A DNA stretch of 32,000 nt, from positions 4,200,001 to 4,232,000 of the forward strand of contig NZ_CP147990.1 in the NCBI RefSeq assembly GCF_037902255.1, written 5' to 3'. The DNA is from Candidatus Electrothrix sp. GW3-4. Its GTDB lineage: Bacteria > Desulfobacterota > Desulfobulbia > Desulfobulbales > Desulfobulbaceae. The notes beneath the pieces are model-generated. The model worked only from the letters and a program-made list of their open reading frames with translations. It was not told the DNA's origin and searched no databases. Shown here piece after piece: positions 23,234 through 32,000 of the stretch. Every line of letters starts with the position of its first letter. Within the stretch, counting starts at the first letter, position 1. The position numbers were made by a program, and so were the translations under genes.

Positions 23234-26200
23234 ATGCCCCTCGTTTCTGTTGTTATCCCTTGCTATAATCAGGGGGCCTTCGTTGATGAAGCTATCCATT
23301 CCGTTCTTGCCCAGACATGGCAGGATTTTGAAATCATCGTTGTTAACGACGGCTCCACGGATCCCTTGACGATTAATCATCTCCAGCAGCTGCATTTCCC
23401 CAAGACACGGGTTATCCACACAGGGAATCAAGGGCTGGCCTCGGCCAGAAATAACGGCATCCGCGAGGCCCAAGGCGAGTACATCCTGCCCCTGGATGCA
23501 GATGATCGGATCGGCCCGACCTATCTGGAGCAGGCTGTGCAGCTACTGGATCAGGAGCCAGAGCTGGGGATTGTCTACTGTAAGGCCCAGCTTTTTGGTG
23601 ATGTAGCAACTGAGTGGCTGCTCCCCGAGTTTTCTCTGCAGCGGATCTTGCTGGATAACATCATCTTCTGCACCGCTTTTTTTCGAAAGAGTGACTGGCA
23701 GGCTGTGGGGGGCTTTGATCCGGCCATGATCTATGGTTGGGAGGACTATGATTTCTGGCTCTCGCTGCTGGAAAGGGGGCGCAAGGTTGTTCAGATAGAA
23801 GAGATCCTCTTTTACTACCGGGTTGCTGCCGATTCAATGGTTCGGGCCCGACCACGGCAGCATAAGGTAGAGAGTTTTGCCCGCATCTTCCGAAAACATC
23901 AGGAGCTCTATGCCCAACATATAGAAGTCTGGGTGGATAAGCTGTTGGACGTCACAGAGCCTTATCACCAGGCAGTCCTTTTTCCTGAAGGCAGCAGGGC
24001 GGAAGACCATCCTGATAGGGTTCGAAAGGTTGATCCTGGTGTCCGTCGTCTGCAATTTGCCCTTGATCCTCAGGAGCAGGGGGGAGCCTTTCTCTTTCGA
24101 CCGGCTGACAGTCAGATCATTCTTCAGATCAATGCCCTTTATCTCGTAGATGCAGCCGGTAGCGAGTACCAGGTTCCTTGGACCCATGGGGCTGATTTCT
24201 CCCGGGACGGTCTCCTTTTTTTCTGCACTCCAGACCCCTTCATTCAGCTGACCCTTCCTGAAAAGAGCAGGACAGGACCTTCACAGCATGGCCAGCTTAT
24301 TATAGAAGTTGAGTACCTGGCCTTTGGTCAGGACTGTCTCCCTCTGCTTACTGACCTGTTGAAAAAAATGGAGAAAATAGTACCTGATCATCCTCCGGTA
24401 TCCCTCAGGGCTACCCTTGCACGTCGATGCAAAGAATATATGGTTAGCCTGAAATGCCAACTCAAGGTATACCGCTATTACCTGTGCAATGGCCATTATC
24501 GCGTCCTGAAGCAGAGCGGGCTTTTTGATGCAGCCTATTATCATACCCTTGATCAGAAACTTATTCATCAACCCATAGATCCCCTGGTGCATTACCTGGA
24601 GTACGGTTGGCAAGAGCGGCGGAACCCCAATCCGCTCTTTGATGCGGCCTGGTATTGTTATGAGTATGAGCTGACAACGGAGCAAGACCCGCTTCTCCAT
24701 TATCTTGAGCAGGGGCAGGAAAAAGGGAATAATCCTAATCCTCTTTTTTTCACGGCCTATTATGCAGAACAATGCCCGGAAAGTCGAGGTAAGGGGCAAA
24801 CCCCGCTGGGGCATTATATCCATCAGGGCTGGAAGGAGGGAAAACGGCCTAATCCCTTTTTTGATCCGTCCTGGTATGCTGTAAAAAATCCAGAGGTCCG
24901 GGAGTCTGGTCAGAATCCGCTGCAGCATTATTATCATATCGGCAATAAGGAACAGCAGAGCTCTCTGCCTTTCTTTGCTATGCGGTATTACTGCGAGCGA
25001 AACCCCATAGTCCGGCAAGAATGGAGGTTTCCTCTCCTCCACTTCTGGACCCATGGAGATGAAGAGGAGCAGTTACCCTCCCCCCTGTTTGACCCGGAGT
25101 TCTACCGGGAGACCTATCAGCTGGATGAGCTCTCCCATGTGGAGCTCTTTCTCCATTATGCAGCCGAGGGATGGCGGAAAAAATATCGGCCCTCGGCCCT
25201 GTTTGATGTCGAGTTTTATGGGGCCACCTATCCTGAGTCCCAGAACGCCTTTCATCCCCTGGAGTATTACCAGGAACAGGGCGTCCTTGCTGGCCATTAT
25301 CCCTGCCAAGAGGTTGCTGAGTTGTCCAAGAAACCTGTTATTAGTCTTCTGGTCCCGGTATTCAACACCGAGGAAGGGCTGCTGCGCCGGTGCATCCACT
25401 CGGTTTTGTATCAGGCATATCCCCATTGGGAGCTTTGTCTGGTGGACGATGGGAGTCCTGCAGAGCATATTCGCCCCCTCCTTGAGGAGTATGCCGCTCG
25501 GGATAAGCGAATAAAAATCAGCCTGGAAAAAGAGAATGCCGGGATTTCTCTGGCCACGAATAAGGCCGCAGCCTTGGCCAGCGGCGAATATTTCGCCTTT
25601 CTGGATCATGATGATGAGCTGACGCTGGATGCCTTGTATCAGGTTGTTGCAGCGATCAATACCCATGATCCCGATGCCCTGTACAGCGATGAGGAACTCA
25701 TTGACTGGAGGGGACTGCGCTGCACCAGGTTTTATAAGTCAGACTACAATCCTGACTTGCTGCTCTGTCATAACTATATCACCCATTTTTTTATCACCAG
25801 AAGCGCCCTGTTTCGCCAGGTAGGAGGATTGTCAGCAGAGTGTACTGGTGCCCAGGATTATGATCTGGTCCTGAAAATCGCCGAACAGAGCAAGCGGATT
25901 CACCATATTCGTCGTTCCTTGTACCGATGGCGGGCTGCAGAGACCTCCACCAGTATTCATCATGAGCAAAAGGAGTATGCGGATGCCGCTGGCCTGCAGG
26001 CCTTGAGCAATGCTGTTGAACGGAGGGGGATGGCGGCGGCGGTACAGCGGGGGCCTTTGAACTTTTATTATCGCGTGCAACGGCAGGTGAGAACAAGCTG
26101 TCAGGTCAGTGCGCTGATCAGGCTTGCTGGTGATATCTCAAACGCGGGAGAGTGGCTGCAAAAACTGCTGGCAAGCAGCAGCTATCCGTATATTGACTAT

Positions 26201-26938
26201 ATGGTCCTGCACCGAGATTCAGTGGAGGACCTCTCTGTTGAATTCCCGGAAGAGCTGAGAAGTCGGGTCAGCTTTTATCAGCTGGACGAGCAGGAAGCAG
26301 AGGCGGCCGCTCTAAATCGGATTGCGGAACAGGCTCTGGGCGAACACCTCATTTTTCTCTGGCAGGGCCTCTTACCGCAAGAAAAAGACTGGGTGGAAAC
26401 GCTGCTTGGTTACTCGCAGACAGAGGGCTGCGGAGTGGTCGGAGGTGTACTCGCTGGATCTGATGAACAGCTCGATAATCTGGCCCTGCCTGATCTCTCG
26501 GACAGGACCTGCCAGGCCTTTCGTTCCCTGCTGAGCGAAGGGTCGGTCCACCTCAACGGGATGCACTGTCCCCAGAATGTCATTGCCCGTTCCTTTGATT
26601 TCTGCATGATCGAAACCACGCTCTTTCGGGAGATGCAAGGCTTTGACGCAGAGAGCTTTCCTGCATATCTCTACGATATTGATTTCTGCCTGCGCCTGAG
26701 AGAGGCAGGGCCAGAGCATGTTTTCACCCCCTTTTGTAAGGCCGTTATCACCGCCCCAGAGGAGAGGTTTTCCTCGACAGAAGACTGGCTTGATGAAAAG
26801 GCATGTTTTCAGAAAAGGTGGAGAGCTGTCTTAGAGTATAACCCGTATTATAACGAAAACCGGTTGCTCACTGAGCTTGAGGTCTCGCGGGAAGAATGGT
26901 TGCACTGGATTGCCGGAGTTGAGCCTGCTTCCTCCTGA
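23234..26938 (+). CDS. Multi-domain family 2 glycosyltransferase (1234 aa) with a central repeat region
   Basis: GT2 signatures VSVVIPCYNQ...VVNDGSTD...LDADD at the N-terminus, and ISLLVPVFNTE...LVDDGSP...LDHDDEL in the middle. A third GT-like C-terminal region is present. About 7 repeats of ...PLxHYxxxGxxEGRxPNPLFDxxWY... span 24521-25305. Confidence 0.85.
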   Translation: MPLVSVVIPCYNQGAFVDEAIHSVLAQTWQDFEIIVVNDGSTDPLTINHLQQLHFPKTRVIHTGNQGLASARNNGIREAQGEYILPLDADDRIGPTYLEQAVQLLDQEPELGIVYCKAQLFGDVATEWLLPEFSLQRILLDNIIFCTAFFRKSDWQAVGGFDPAMIYGWEDYDFWLSLLERGRKVVQIEEILFYYRVAADSMVRARPRQHKVESFARIFRKHQELYAQHIEVWVDKLLDVTEPYHQAVLFPEGSRAEDHPDRVRKVDPGVRRLQFALDPQEQGGAFLFRPADSQIILQINALYLVDAAGSEYQVPWTHGADFSRDGLLFFCTPDPFIQLTLPEKSRTGPSQHGQLIIEVEYLAFGQDCLPLLTDLLKKMEKIVPDHPPVSLRATLARRCKEYMVSLKCQLKVYRYYLCNGHYRVLKQSGLFDAAYYHTLDQKLIHQPIDPLVHYLEYGWQERRNPNPLFDAAWYCYEYELTTEQDPLLHYLEQGQEKGNNPNPLFFTAYYAEQCPESRGKGQTPLGHYIHQGWKEGKRPNPFFDPSWYAVKNPEVRESGQNPLQHYYHIGNKEQQSSLPFFAMRYYCERNPIVRQEWRFPLLHFWTHGDEEEQLPSPLFDPEFYRETYQLDELSHVELFLHYAAEGWRKKYRPSALFDVEFYGATYPESQNAFHPLEYYQEQGVLAGHYPCQEVAELSKKPVISLLVPVFNTEEGLLRRCIHSVLYQAYPHWELCLVDDGSPAEHIRPLLEEYAARDKRIKISLEKENAGISLATNKAAALASGEYFAFLDHDDELTLDALYQVVAAINTHDPDALYSDEELIDWRGLRCTRFYKSDYNPDLLLCHNYITHFFITRSALFRQVGGLSAECTGAQDYDLVLKIAEQSKRIHHIRRSLYRWRAAETSTSIHHEQKEYADAAGLQALSNAVERRGMAAAVQRGPLNFYYRVQRQVRTSCQVSALIRLAGDISNAGEWLQKLLASSSYPYIDYMVLHRDSVEDLSVEFPEELRSRVSFYQLDEQEAEAAALNRIAEQALGEHLIFLWQGLLPQEKDWVETLLGYSQTEGCGVVGGVLAGSDEQLDNLALPDLSDRTCQAFRSLLSEGSVHLNGMHCPQNVIARSFDFCMIETTLFREMQGFDAESFPAYLYDIDFCLRLREAGPEHVFTPFCKAVITAPEERFSSTEDWLDEKACFQKRWRAVLEYNPYYNENRLLTELEVSREEWLHWIAGVEPASS

Positions 26939-27095
26939 CCACAAGCAATCAGGAGGCACATGGTGGCAGTCTGATCCCCTTGCCACAATTCAACGAAAGA
27001 AGTAGATTGATAATGTTGGAGCACGTCAATCCGTTCCATCCCCCGTGCTTGAGTTCTGGATTTTTTCACTTCACATTCATTAATGGAGGAAAGAC

Positions 27096-27551
27096 ATGAA
27101 GGTAATTCAACTGGTTCTACTTGCTGTTATTGTCTCACTTTTCGGCTGCATTCATCCTGTGCCGCCTCCTTCTCCAGGCAATCCAGACCAGGATGCTCTC
27201 AATAAGCATATTGCCCTGTGGAAGGATGCCCATCTCTCGAACTACACCTACACTTATAAAAGGGTCTGCTTTTGCCCGCCAGAGGAGGATATCATCGTGG
27301 CAGTACAGTACGGCGAGGTCGCCCTGGCATCATATTACCCCAGTAATACCCCTGTGACGCCGGAACGGCTTGACGATCTCATGACCGTTGAGGAGCTCTT
27401 TGAGGTGATCCAGAAGGCCATCAACGATGACGTCGCCCGCCTGGACGTGGCCTATAATCCACAGTTGGGCTATCCAGAACGTATCTCCATTGATATAGAT
27501 GAACGGATAGCAGATGAGGAGATGACGCACTTGGTCAGTAACCTGCATTAA
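27096..27551 (+). CDS. Lipoprotein; the DUF6174-like assignment is tentative
   Basis: SD ggagga. Lipobox VSLFGC. The YTYTYKRVCFCPPEE motif matches my recollection of DUF6174. Confidence 0.7.
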   Translation: MKVIQLVLLAVIVSLFGCIHPVPPPSPGNPDQDALNKHIALWKDAHLSNYTYTYKRVCFCPPEEDIIVAVQYGEVALASYYPSNTPVTPERLDDLMTVEELFEVIQKAINDDVARLDVAYNPQLGYPERISIDIDERIADEEMTHLVSNLH

Positions 27552-27641
27552 AATAGATATGATCTTGGCTCGTTCAGCGGATCAAACCTGAGCGACCCTG
27601 TTGGAAGAACTGCGGACAGAGAAAGAGTTAAAGCGCTGCCT

Positions 27642-27899
27642 ATGAGCAATGATGATTTATCAGAGAAGGAATACACAGTAAAGCTTATCTGCTTGGCTGA
27701 TGAATGTCCAATTGGTCGCAAGAACCCAGAATGTCCCCTGCGTGCAGCACGAGAGATGCCCTTTGGGGAGAAAGTACAATGGGTGGGCAGTTTGTCCTGC
27801 CAGGAAAAAAAGGAGATCTACCGCTATCATGTTAACTGCTTTTCACATAAGAAGGGGGAATCCTCCTGTGAAGACGAAAAAGATCGTGAAGAGAAATAG
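27642..27899 (+). CDS. Small Cys-rich hypothetical protein (85 aa)
   Basis: ORF with 7 Cys (CLADECP...NPECP...C...C...C) and an acidic tail. The SD is weak. I recognise no family. Confidence 0.35.
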   Translation: MSNDDLSEKEYTVKLICLADECPIGRKNPECPLRAAREMPFGEKVQWVGSLSCQEKKEIYRYHVNCFSHKKGESSCEDEKDREEK

Positions 27900-28095
27900 C
27901 CTGCTCTTGCTGGCTCTCCCTGTCCTGCTTCTGAGTGGGTGTTCAAAGGAGGGATTTTATGAGGGGATGTATCACGGCCTGCAGCAGCGGGAGGAGATGG
28001 TCCATCCCACCGATGAGCCTGTTCCCCCGGAGCAACCGAGTTATGATGAGTACCGGAGAGAGCGGGAGGAAGCCCTGCGGGATGCTGAGCAGTAG
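27868..28095 (+). CDS. Small lipoprotein (about 70-75 aa). GTG start at 27868 or 27886; the upstream part of ORF 27700-28095 is not coding
   Basis: VKTKKIVKRNSLLLLALPVLLLSGC has a lipobox LLSGC. aggggga lies upstream of the GTG. The ORF overlaps the end of 27642-27899 in another frame. Confidence 0.55.
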   Translation: MKTKKIVKRNSLLLLALPVLLLSGCSKEGFYEGMYHGLQQREEMVHPTDEPVPPEQPSYDEYRREREEALRDAEQ

Positions 28096-28160
28096 CCTGC
28101 TCAGCAGGTTGAACAGATAATTGCGCCGTTACATTGGCCACAAAGCGGAGACTGTGGGGC

Positions 28161-28310
28161 CGGTTCTATTGAAGCATTCTTTCTGCTGAAAGTGTACCCG
28201 GAAACATGACTCCCGTCATACGGGTCGTATGACCCTCGTCATATGGGGGGGTATGACCCTCGTCATACGGAGCGTATGAGCTTGGTCTACAGGCGGTATG
28301 AGCAGGGGGA
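28161..28310 (+). repeat. Leader plus tandem ~24-bp array of alternating inverted hexamers, copy 2
   Basis: The leader cggttctattgaagcattctttctgctgaaagtgtacccggaaacatgac matches 2720-2768. Units start at 28228, 28252, 28275 and 28297. In this copy gtatgac-cctc-gtcatac forms perfect 7-bp stems. Confidence 0.85.
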
Positions 28311-28365
28311 AAGAAGGTACCACCCGGCGCGTTGCATTGGGCTTTCAGGTCATTGCTGTATGCTG

Positions 28366-28470
28366 CCCCGCGATGAATCACGGGGCTATTATCGGCTCTC
28401 CCTCCGGGACACGGAAACAGGCCGTCCCGGAGGGACGCTGCGAACATAGCCCAGGGTTTTAACCCCGGGT
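28366..28470 (+). repeat. Three-hairpin intergenic repeat element, copy C
   Basis: ccccgcgatgaatcacgggg, the stem ctccctccgggac/gtcccggagggac, and gcccagggttttaaccccgggt. It ends 11 bp from the pbpC stop. Confidence 0.85.
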
Positions 28471-28480
28471 GCCTTCTCAC

Positions 28481-30649
28481 TCACCGGCCTGCCGCTTCCC
28501 CTTGTGCCAACCAAACCGAGACCGAATCCCGTTTGCCCCGGCTGTCCACCAGGGTGATCTGGGTCAGGCCCGGCCCCTCCGGGCTATAGGAGGTGATGGC
28601 CTCCCGGTGCTCCCGCCCCAGAGGCCGCCCGTTGACCAGCCAGTGAAAGGGCGGGATGCCGCCCTGGGCCTTGAGGGCGAGCAGCGGCTCTTGCTCCAGC
28701 TGCATAGTGCTACCGTCCACCGGGAAGTAGATTCGTGGTTTGTTTGCTCCCTGCCCCGTCCCTGCTGTCCGGGAAAACCATTGCAGATGCACCGGCAGTT
28801 GATTATGGCGCACCAGCAGGACCTCAGCAGGGATGCCATGATGTATCTGTTTGACCTCTGCCTGCTTCCCTTGCGGCTCCTGCATGGTGTTCAAGGCGGC
28901 AAAGACCCGAAAGAGCACCGGCACCGCCGAGTTGGCCCCTGTGGTCTCCTTGCCATAGCCCCAATCCGGGCGACCGATCCAGACCCCGACGGTATGCCCC
29001 CCAGGGGTATAGCCCAAGGCCCAGGCATCCCGATAGCCATAGGAGGTCCCGGTCTTATAGCGAATCCTGCTGCCCTGCACCCCTTTGGGTGCCAGGCCGG
29101 AGCGGGGTGGTCGGGTGCGGAGGATATCATCCACATACCAGGTTGCTGCCCTGGAAAGCATCTTCTGCCCGGAAGGGACAGGCGCATCTGGATTATAGGA
29201 GAGGGGCTTGAACTGCCCCCTGTCTGCCAGGGCAGCATACAGGCCGGTCAGCTCTTTCAGGCTTGCTGCGGTGCCGCCCAGGGCCAGGGACAGACCGGGT
29301 GGCTTATCCTGATCAACAGCCAGACCGAGTCCGGCAAAGCGGGAGAGGAGGCGTTGGGGGCCGACCCGTTCCAGCACCTGCACGGCAGGCAGGTTCAGGG
29401 AGCGTTGCAGGGCCTCGCGTACAGAGATCCAGCCTCGAAAACGACCGTCAAAGTTGCCGGGTCCGTAGCCCCCAAAGCGGGTCGGGCGATCCAGAATGCG
29501 GGTCTCCGGGTGGAGGAAGCCCTGCTCAAAGGCCAGACCATAGATAAAGGGTTTCAGGGCAGAGCCGGGAGAACGCCGCGCCCTGGTCAGGTCAATGCCA
29601 TTGGACCAGAAGTCCCCTGAACCGATATAAGCCAGCACCCTGCGGCCCTGATTCGCCACCACCAGGATGGCCAGGGTCTTTTTTCCATCTGCACCGAGGC
29701 GGTCCTGGACCTGCCCGGCAATGCTTTCCAGCTGTTCCTGCAACGGTCGGACTAAGGAGGTTCTGATTTCCTCCCGGCCTGTGGTACGCGCAAGGCGTTG
29801 GCTCAGATGCGGGGCCAGGAAGGGGGTCGGGCTGCGCTTATGCGGGATCGGTTGCTCCAGGCCAAGCTTCACCTGCTCTGCGGTCAACAGGCCTTCGTCA
29901 TAGAGGCGGTGGAGGAAACGATTGCGTGCGACCACAGCCTGCTCATGCTGGCGGTCCGGTCGCCTGCGTTCCGGGGACTGGGGCAGACTGATCAGCAGGG
30001 CTGCCTCGGAGGGGGTGATGCGGGTCGCGTTCTTCTGGAAGTAGAAGCGACAGGCAGCCTCGATGCCTTCAATATTGCCGCCATAGGGGGTCAGGGTGAG
30101 ATAGGTTGCCAGGATCTCCTCTTTGCTCAACTGCTGCTCCAGACGCAGGGCCTGGAACATCTCCAAGAGCTTCCACCAGAGGCTGCGGGGATGAGGACGG
30201 AGCAGACGCACGGTCTGCATGGTGATGGTGGAGGCCCCGGACACCACCCGGCCCTGGCTGATGAACTGGAGCAAGGCCCGGCTCATGGCCAGCGGGTCCA
30301 CCCCGTGATGGGACCAGAAGCGTTTATCCTCACAGGCCAGGAGGAGGCGGATAAACTGCGGGTCAATTGCCGTGTGGCCGTCCGTGTTGCCCAGATGGGC
30401 AGGCAGACGCCAATAGCCGTCCTTAGTGGTAAAGAGGCGGAGAAGCCTGCCGTCGCGGTCTACCACCTTGGTGGAGCAGGGCGGTGGGAAGACCTCGGGC
30501 AGGGGGGAGGGGAGGAAAAGGAAGAGGAGCAGGACGGAACAGCCTGTTATGATGGTCAGCGCAGCAAGGGCGATGAGGAGCTTTTTCTTCCGATGCTGCA
30601 CGAGATCTACCTCTACCTGCGATGCTTCTGCTTCATCACGGACTTGCAA
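28481..30649 (-). CDS. pbpC: Penicillin-binding protein 1C (bifunctional transglycosylase/transpeptidase). An alternative GTG start at 30601 would avoid the overlap with rsgA
   Basis: GT51 motifs are EDKRFWSHHGVD and GASTITMQTVRL. The transpeptidase SxxK motif is RSPGSALKPFIY, and KTGTSYGYRDAW is present. The PBP1C-type C-terminal domain and the ~720-aa size fit. Confidence 0.9.
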   Translation of the reverse strand: MQVRDEAEASQVEVDLVQHRKKKLLIALAALTIITGCSVLLLFLFLPSPLPEVFPPPCSTKVVDRDGRLLRLFTTKDGYWRLPAHLGNTDGHTAIDPQFIRLLLACEDKRFWSHHGVDPLAMSRALLQFISQGRVVSGASTITMQTVRLLRPHPRSLWWKLLEMFQALRLEQQLSKEEILATYLTLTPYGGNIEGIEAACRFYFQKNATRITPSEAALLISLPQSPERRRPDRQHEQAVVARNRFLHRLYDEGLLTAEQVKLGLEQPIPHKRSPTPFLAPHLSQRLARTTGREEIRTSLVRPLQEQLESIAGQVQDRLGADGKKTLAILVVANQGRRVLAYIGSGDFWSNGIDLTRARRSPGSALKPFIYGLAFEQGFLHPETRILDRPTRFGGYGPGNFDGRFRGWISVREALQRSLNLPAVQVLERVGPQRLLSRFAGLGLAVDQDKPPGLSLALGGTAASLKELTGLYAALADRGQFKPLSYNPDAPVPSGQKMLSRAATWYVDDILRTRPPRSGLAPKGVQGSRIRYKTGTSYGYRDAWALGYTPGGHTVGVWIGRPDWGYGKETTGANSAVPVLFRVFAALNTMQEPQGKQAEVKQIHHGIPAEVLLVRHNQLPVHLQWFSRTAGTGQGANKPRIYFPVDGSTMQLEQEPLLALKAQGGIPPFHWLVNGRPLGREHREAITSYSPEGPGLTQITLVDSRGKRDSVSVWLAQGEAAGR

Positions 30650-31692
30650 TGCCTGGCAAACTGCTTGTCCTTTCTCCGTTTCTCATGGTACGACATCTCG
30701 TGAAAGGCGGACTCCTTGGTCATCTTCAGATAGTTTTCATAGCGATCTGCGGGCAGGGTTCCTTCTTCCACAGCGGCCAGCACGGCGCAGCCCTTCTCAC
30801 TGACATGGGAGCAATCACTGAACCGGCATTGCTCGGCCAAGGCGGCTATCTCTGCAAAGGTTTCCTCCACCCCTCTTTCGGTGGAAAAGTTGCCCAGCTC
30901 CCGCATCCCCGGCGTATCCACTATCATTGCCCCGGAATCGAGCCTGATCAACTGGCGATGGGTTGTGGCATGTCGACCCTTGCTCTCCTTGCTGCTGACG
31001 GTCTTGGTTGCATATTTTGCTTCACCAAGAAGGGCGTTGAGCAAGGTGGTCTTGCCCACGCCTGATGAGCCCAGCAGGCAGGAGGCCTGGCCCGGCAGCA
31101 TCATTTCCCGTATTGCATCCAGACCAAAGCCGTTCTCGCTGCTGAAAGGGATAACCTTCAGCTGGGGCGCGATGCTGTGAATCTCGGTAATCCTGATGGC
31201 TATCTCGGCTTCATCCAGTAGATCGCTCTTACTGAGCAGGACAACCGGCTGAATCTCGGCTTCATTCACCATGACCAGATAGCGTTCCAGGCGACGGAGA
31301 TTGAAGTTTTCATTCAGGGACTGGACGATAAAGGCAACATCAATGTTAGCGGCAATGAGCTGAAAATCCACCTTCTTGCCCGGCGTCTTTCTTTTGAGCA
31401 AGGACTTACGGGGGAGGATCTCGTGGATGATGGCTAAGGTATCGTCATCGTAAAAGCTGGCCAGAACCCAGTCCCCTACGGCAGGGTAATCCAAGGGGGA
31501 GGAGGCGTTGAAGAGGATCTTGCCGATCAGCTCCGCACTAAGGCTGTTCTCACCATCAGTGACGATATAGCTGTCCTTATGCACAGCGGCGATCTTTGCG
31601 ATGGAGAAATGCTCCAGAGTGTCCGGCGGGACGCTTTCCAGCAGGGACGGGTCAAAGCCGAGGGCTGCTAATTTGTTGGGTATGTTCTTCAT
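30613..31692 (-). CDS. rsgA: Ribosome small-subunit-dependent GTPase A
   Basis: A circularly permuted GTPase: LSKSDL, GSSGVGKTTLLNALLG, GRHATTHRQLI, DTPGMRE, and the Zn-finger CRFSDCSHVSEKGCAV. Confidence 0.92.
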   Translation of the reverse strand: MKNIPNKLAALGFDPSLLESVPPDTLEHFSIAKIAAVHKDSYIVTDGENSLSAELIGKILFNASSPLDYPAVGDWVLASFYDDDTLAIIHEILPRKSLLKRKTPGKKVDFQLIAANIDVAFIVQSLNENFNLRRLERYLVMVNEAEIQPVVLLSKSDLLDEAEIAIRITEIHSIAPQLKVIPFSSENGFGLDAIREMMLPGQASCLLGSSGVGKTTLLNALLGEAKYATKTVSSKESKGRHATTHRQLIRLDSGAMIVDTPGMRELGNFSTERGVEETFAEIAALAEQCRFSDCSHVSEKGCAVLAAVEEGTLPADRYENYLKMTKESAFHEMSYHEKRRKDKQFARHCKSVMKQKHRR

Positions 31693-32000
31693 GTGATGAT
31701 TAAATGTTGTCCTCCTTGTTCAATATCATAAATGAGATAGAGGTATTCGTAAGCAACGCGCCATCTGCCCCTTGTACTGGTCATGATGGTGGCGGTCTTT
31801 GGGTTCAAGCGAATGATTTCTCCATGCAGATCATTATTGTCTTTATCCTGGAAGCCGACCATCTCACCGACCTTGAGCTGGCTTTTGTCCAGTCCTTTTT
31901 CCGGTGCATTGATGATGTCGGTGTTGACTCCTTCCAGGTTTATGAAATATAAGGGTATTGTCCATTTCGCTTGATCGCAAAGATTTTGAACCAGGACTCG
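31689..32000 (-). CDS. Hypothetical protein, C-terminal part only (the gene continues beyond the window)
   Basis: The minus strand is open from 32000 to a TGA that overlaps the rsgA ATG (ATGA). It reads ...KVGEMVGFQDKDNNDLHGEIIRLNPKTATIMTSTRGRWRVAYEYLYLIYD.... It is absent from the ORF track because its start lies outside the window. The plus ORF 31704-31952 is its shadow. Confidence 0.55.
   Translation of the reverse strand, partial: RVLVQNLCDQAKWTIPLYFINLEGVNTDIINAPEKGLDKSQLKVGEMVGFQDKDNNDLHGEIIRLNPKTATIMTSTRGRWRVAYEYLYLIYDIEQGGQHLIIT

Noticed and set aside
27700-27867. The N-terminal extension of the 131-aa ORF 27700-28095
   Set aside because: It overlaps the Cys-rich ORF in another frame and precedes an obvious signal peptide and lipobox. 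An internal GTG start with an upstream purine-rich site is more plausible.
28469-30703. Plus-strand ORFs 28469-29620 (383 aa) and 29798-30703 (301 aa)
   Set aside because: They are antisense to pbpC, which carries all the PBP1C motifs. They are shadow ORFs.
31704-31952. An 82-aa plus-strand ORF
   Set aside because: The opposite strand is open across the whole region to the window edge and ends in an ATGA overlap with rsgA. The plus ORF is the shadow.

Overview
This looks like a bacterial chromosomal segment of moderate to high GC. A Desulfobacterota-like origin is only a guess. By eye I found no rRNA, tRNA, CRISPR array, integrase or transposase. Recognisable housekeeping genes are queC (partial), an M32 carboxypeptidase, katG, msrAB, pbpC and rsgA. 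A minus-strand operon at 16.3-21.7 kb encodes a Zn-ribbon membrane protein, a small protein, a HAD-domain protein and a fused membrane/spermidine-synthase-like protein. A 1234-aa multi-domain GT2 glycosyltransferase and several small lipoproteins are also present. The unusual part is 2.7-14.3 kb, a heavily rearranged mosaic. It holds three paralogous secreted beta-helix repeat proteins with a conserved C-terminal tail FLPA(M/V)Y(L/M)LLL. It also holds a KLC-type TPR protein, a truncated relative of it, and a UPF0175/DUF3368 toxin-antitoxin cassette. Duplicated 5' fragments of the carboxypeptidase and katG genes travel with copies of one conserved sigma70-like promoter cassette (four copies). 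Three families of structured intergenic repeats recur across the window: a ~105-bp three-hairpin element, a leader plus 24-bp tandem inverted-hexamer array, and a 28-bp GC palindrome. At least nine frame breaks in six genes all sit at homopolymer runs. That pattern argues for consensus sequencing error rather than real pseudogenes, and it limits any phase-variation claim. I see no clearly novel multi-gene system. The best leads are the repeat families, the promoter-capture mosaic and the adhesin C-terminal tag.
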